Shown: piece after piece, positions 63,283 to 64,000 of the stretch
Numbering within the stretch: the stretch's first letter is position 1
How the letters are laid out: each line of letters begins with the position of its first letter
Assembly: GCA_965198225.1 (NCBI GenBank)
Contig: CBDAOY010000009.1
Coordinates: forward strand, 864,001-928,000
Direction: 5' to 3'
Origin: Terriglobia bacterium
GTDB lineage: Bacteria > Acidobacteriota > Terriglobia > 20CM-2-55-15
DNA: 64,000 nucleotides
The notes under the pieces: generated by a model
Told to the model about the DNA's origin: nothing
Databases searched by the model: none
Seen by the model: the letters and a program-made list of their open reading frames with translations, nothing else
Program-made: the position numbers and the translations under genes

Positions 63283-63443
63283 TGACCTGTAACAGTGCTA
63301 TCGGTACCAGCGTTCGGCGGAACGGGGCCGTCTTCGTTGTCGTCGACTCCTACCAATGAATGAGCATTGCGTCGTCGTCGACTCCTAGAATCCGACCCCG
63401 TTGCGCTCCGAACGATAGCGACGCTATTTCTGACTCAGGACAC
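63283..63443. mobile_element. Shortened family-A MITE
   Basis: CTAG-TGACCTGTAAC; internal GGCGGAACGG..CCGTCTTCGTTGTCG...CTCCTAGAATCCG matches ~18928-19010; right end degenerate. Confidence 0.68.
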
Positions 63444-63549
63444 AAAATTCTAACCGATTTTTCGAACCTGCTCCCTCGACGATTTTGTCGAGCCGCTCCC
63501 TCCAGAGAGCACCTACAGCTACCAGATACGATCTCGGAACAGATAAAGT

Positions 63550-64000
63550 TCAATCCGCCTCGCACAAAGCCGGTGATGGAACACGCTCGGTGGCAGCCGC
63601 AATCCTGGTCTCACCCAGTCGGGCCAGGGTTTCGCTCATATCGTTCTCCCCAAGGTCCATCATCTGACGGATCTTCTTCTGCGAAAACCAGCAGGTCCCG
63701 GTATAAAAACAACCCAGGGGCTTCGAGGGAACGATCGACAACACCTGGGGGAGGGGCCGGCTTTCGGTCGGGAGGGCTTGTTTGTCGTGCGCCTGCCATC
63801 GAAGCTCGGCCCACTCGCGCAGCGCTTCCTGTCCGCCAATTCCGTCCGAGGGGTATCGTTCGGGTCGCAGTTTCTTGAGGAAGCTCCTGCCGCCGAGTTC
63901 AGGTCGCGCGAGGCTCGTATTGACGACGAAAAGCACATCGATGGCGTCTTCCAAGTCGAACAGCAACGGGGCCAGGGGGATATTGTCGGTCCATCCCCCG
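63550..64000 (-). CDS. Probable patatin-like phospholipase, C-terminal part; starts beyond the window
   Basis: The frame is open to the edge and begins GGWTDNIP, consistent with the patatin DGGxxDNxP motif. Confidence 0.5.
   Translation of the reverse strand, partial: GGWTDNIPLAPLLFDLEDAIDVLFVVNTSLARPELGGRSFLKKLRPERYPSDGIGGQEALREWAELRWQAHDKQALPTESRPLPQVLSIVPSKPLGCFYTGTCWFSQKKIRQMMDLGENDMSETLARLGETRIAAATERVPSPALCEAD

Overview
GC-rich bacterial chromosomal window; gene content and style suggest an uncultured Acidobacteriota-like organism (inference only). The core genes look intact: 2-oxoacid:ferredoxin oxidoreductase alpha/beta, a Cu P1B-ATPase, acnA, hisS-aspS, mutL, HU, and tRNA-Leu(TAG)-tig-clpP-clpX-lon-yihA-rho. 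The right third is a run of mostly secreted hydrolases, an ABC exporter and pruA. No CRISPR array, rRNA or intact transposase is visible. Four unusual features stand out. (1) About 810 bp of group II intron reverse-transcriptase/maturase sequence is cut into five pieces, shuffled and partly inverted, inside a PilZ-domain gene (38441-39254), next to an integrase relic by tRNA-Leu. (2) Similar local duplication/deletion scars occur in other dispensable genes (BoxB-like, GT2-TPR, RRM) but not in core genes. (3) Two families of CTAG-flanked MITEs are present, three copies sitting exactly on TAG stop codons. (4) GTAG- and GTGA-type REP/REPIN repeats and other palindromic families are dense and sometimes nested. 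The scars could be biological or assembly artefacts; read mapping is needed to decide.
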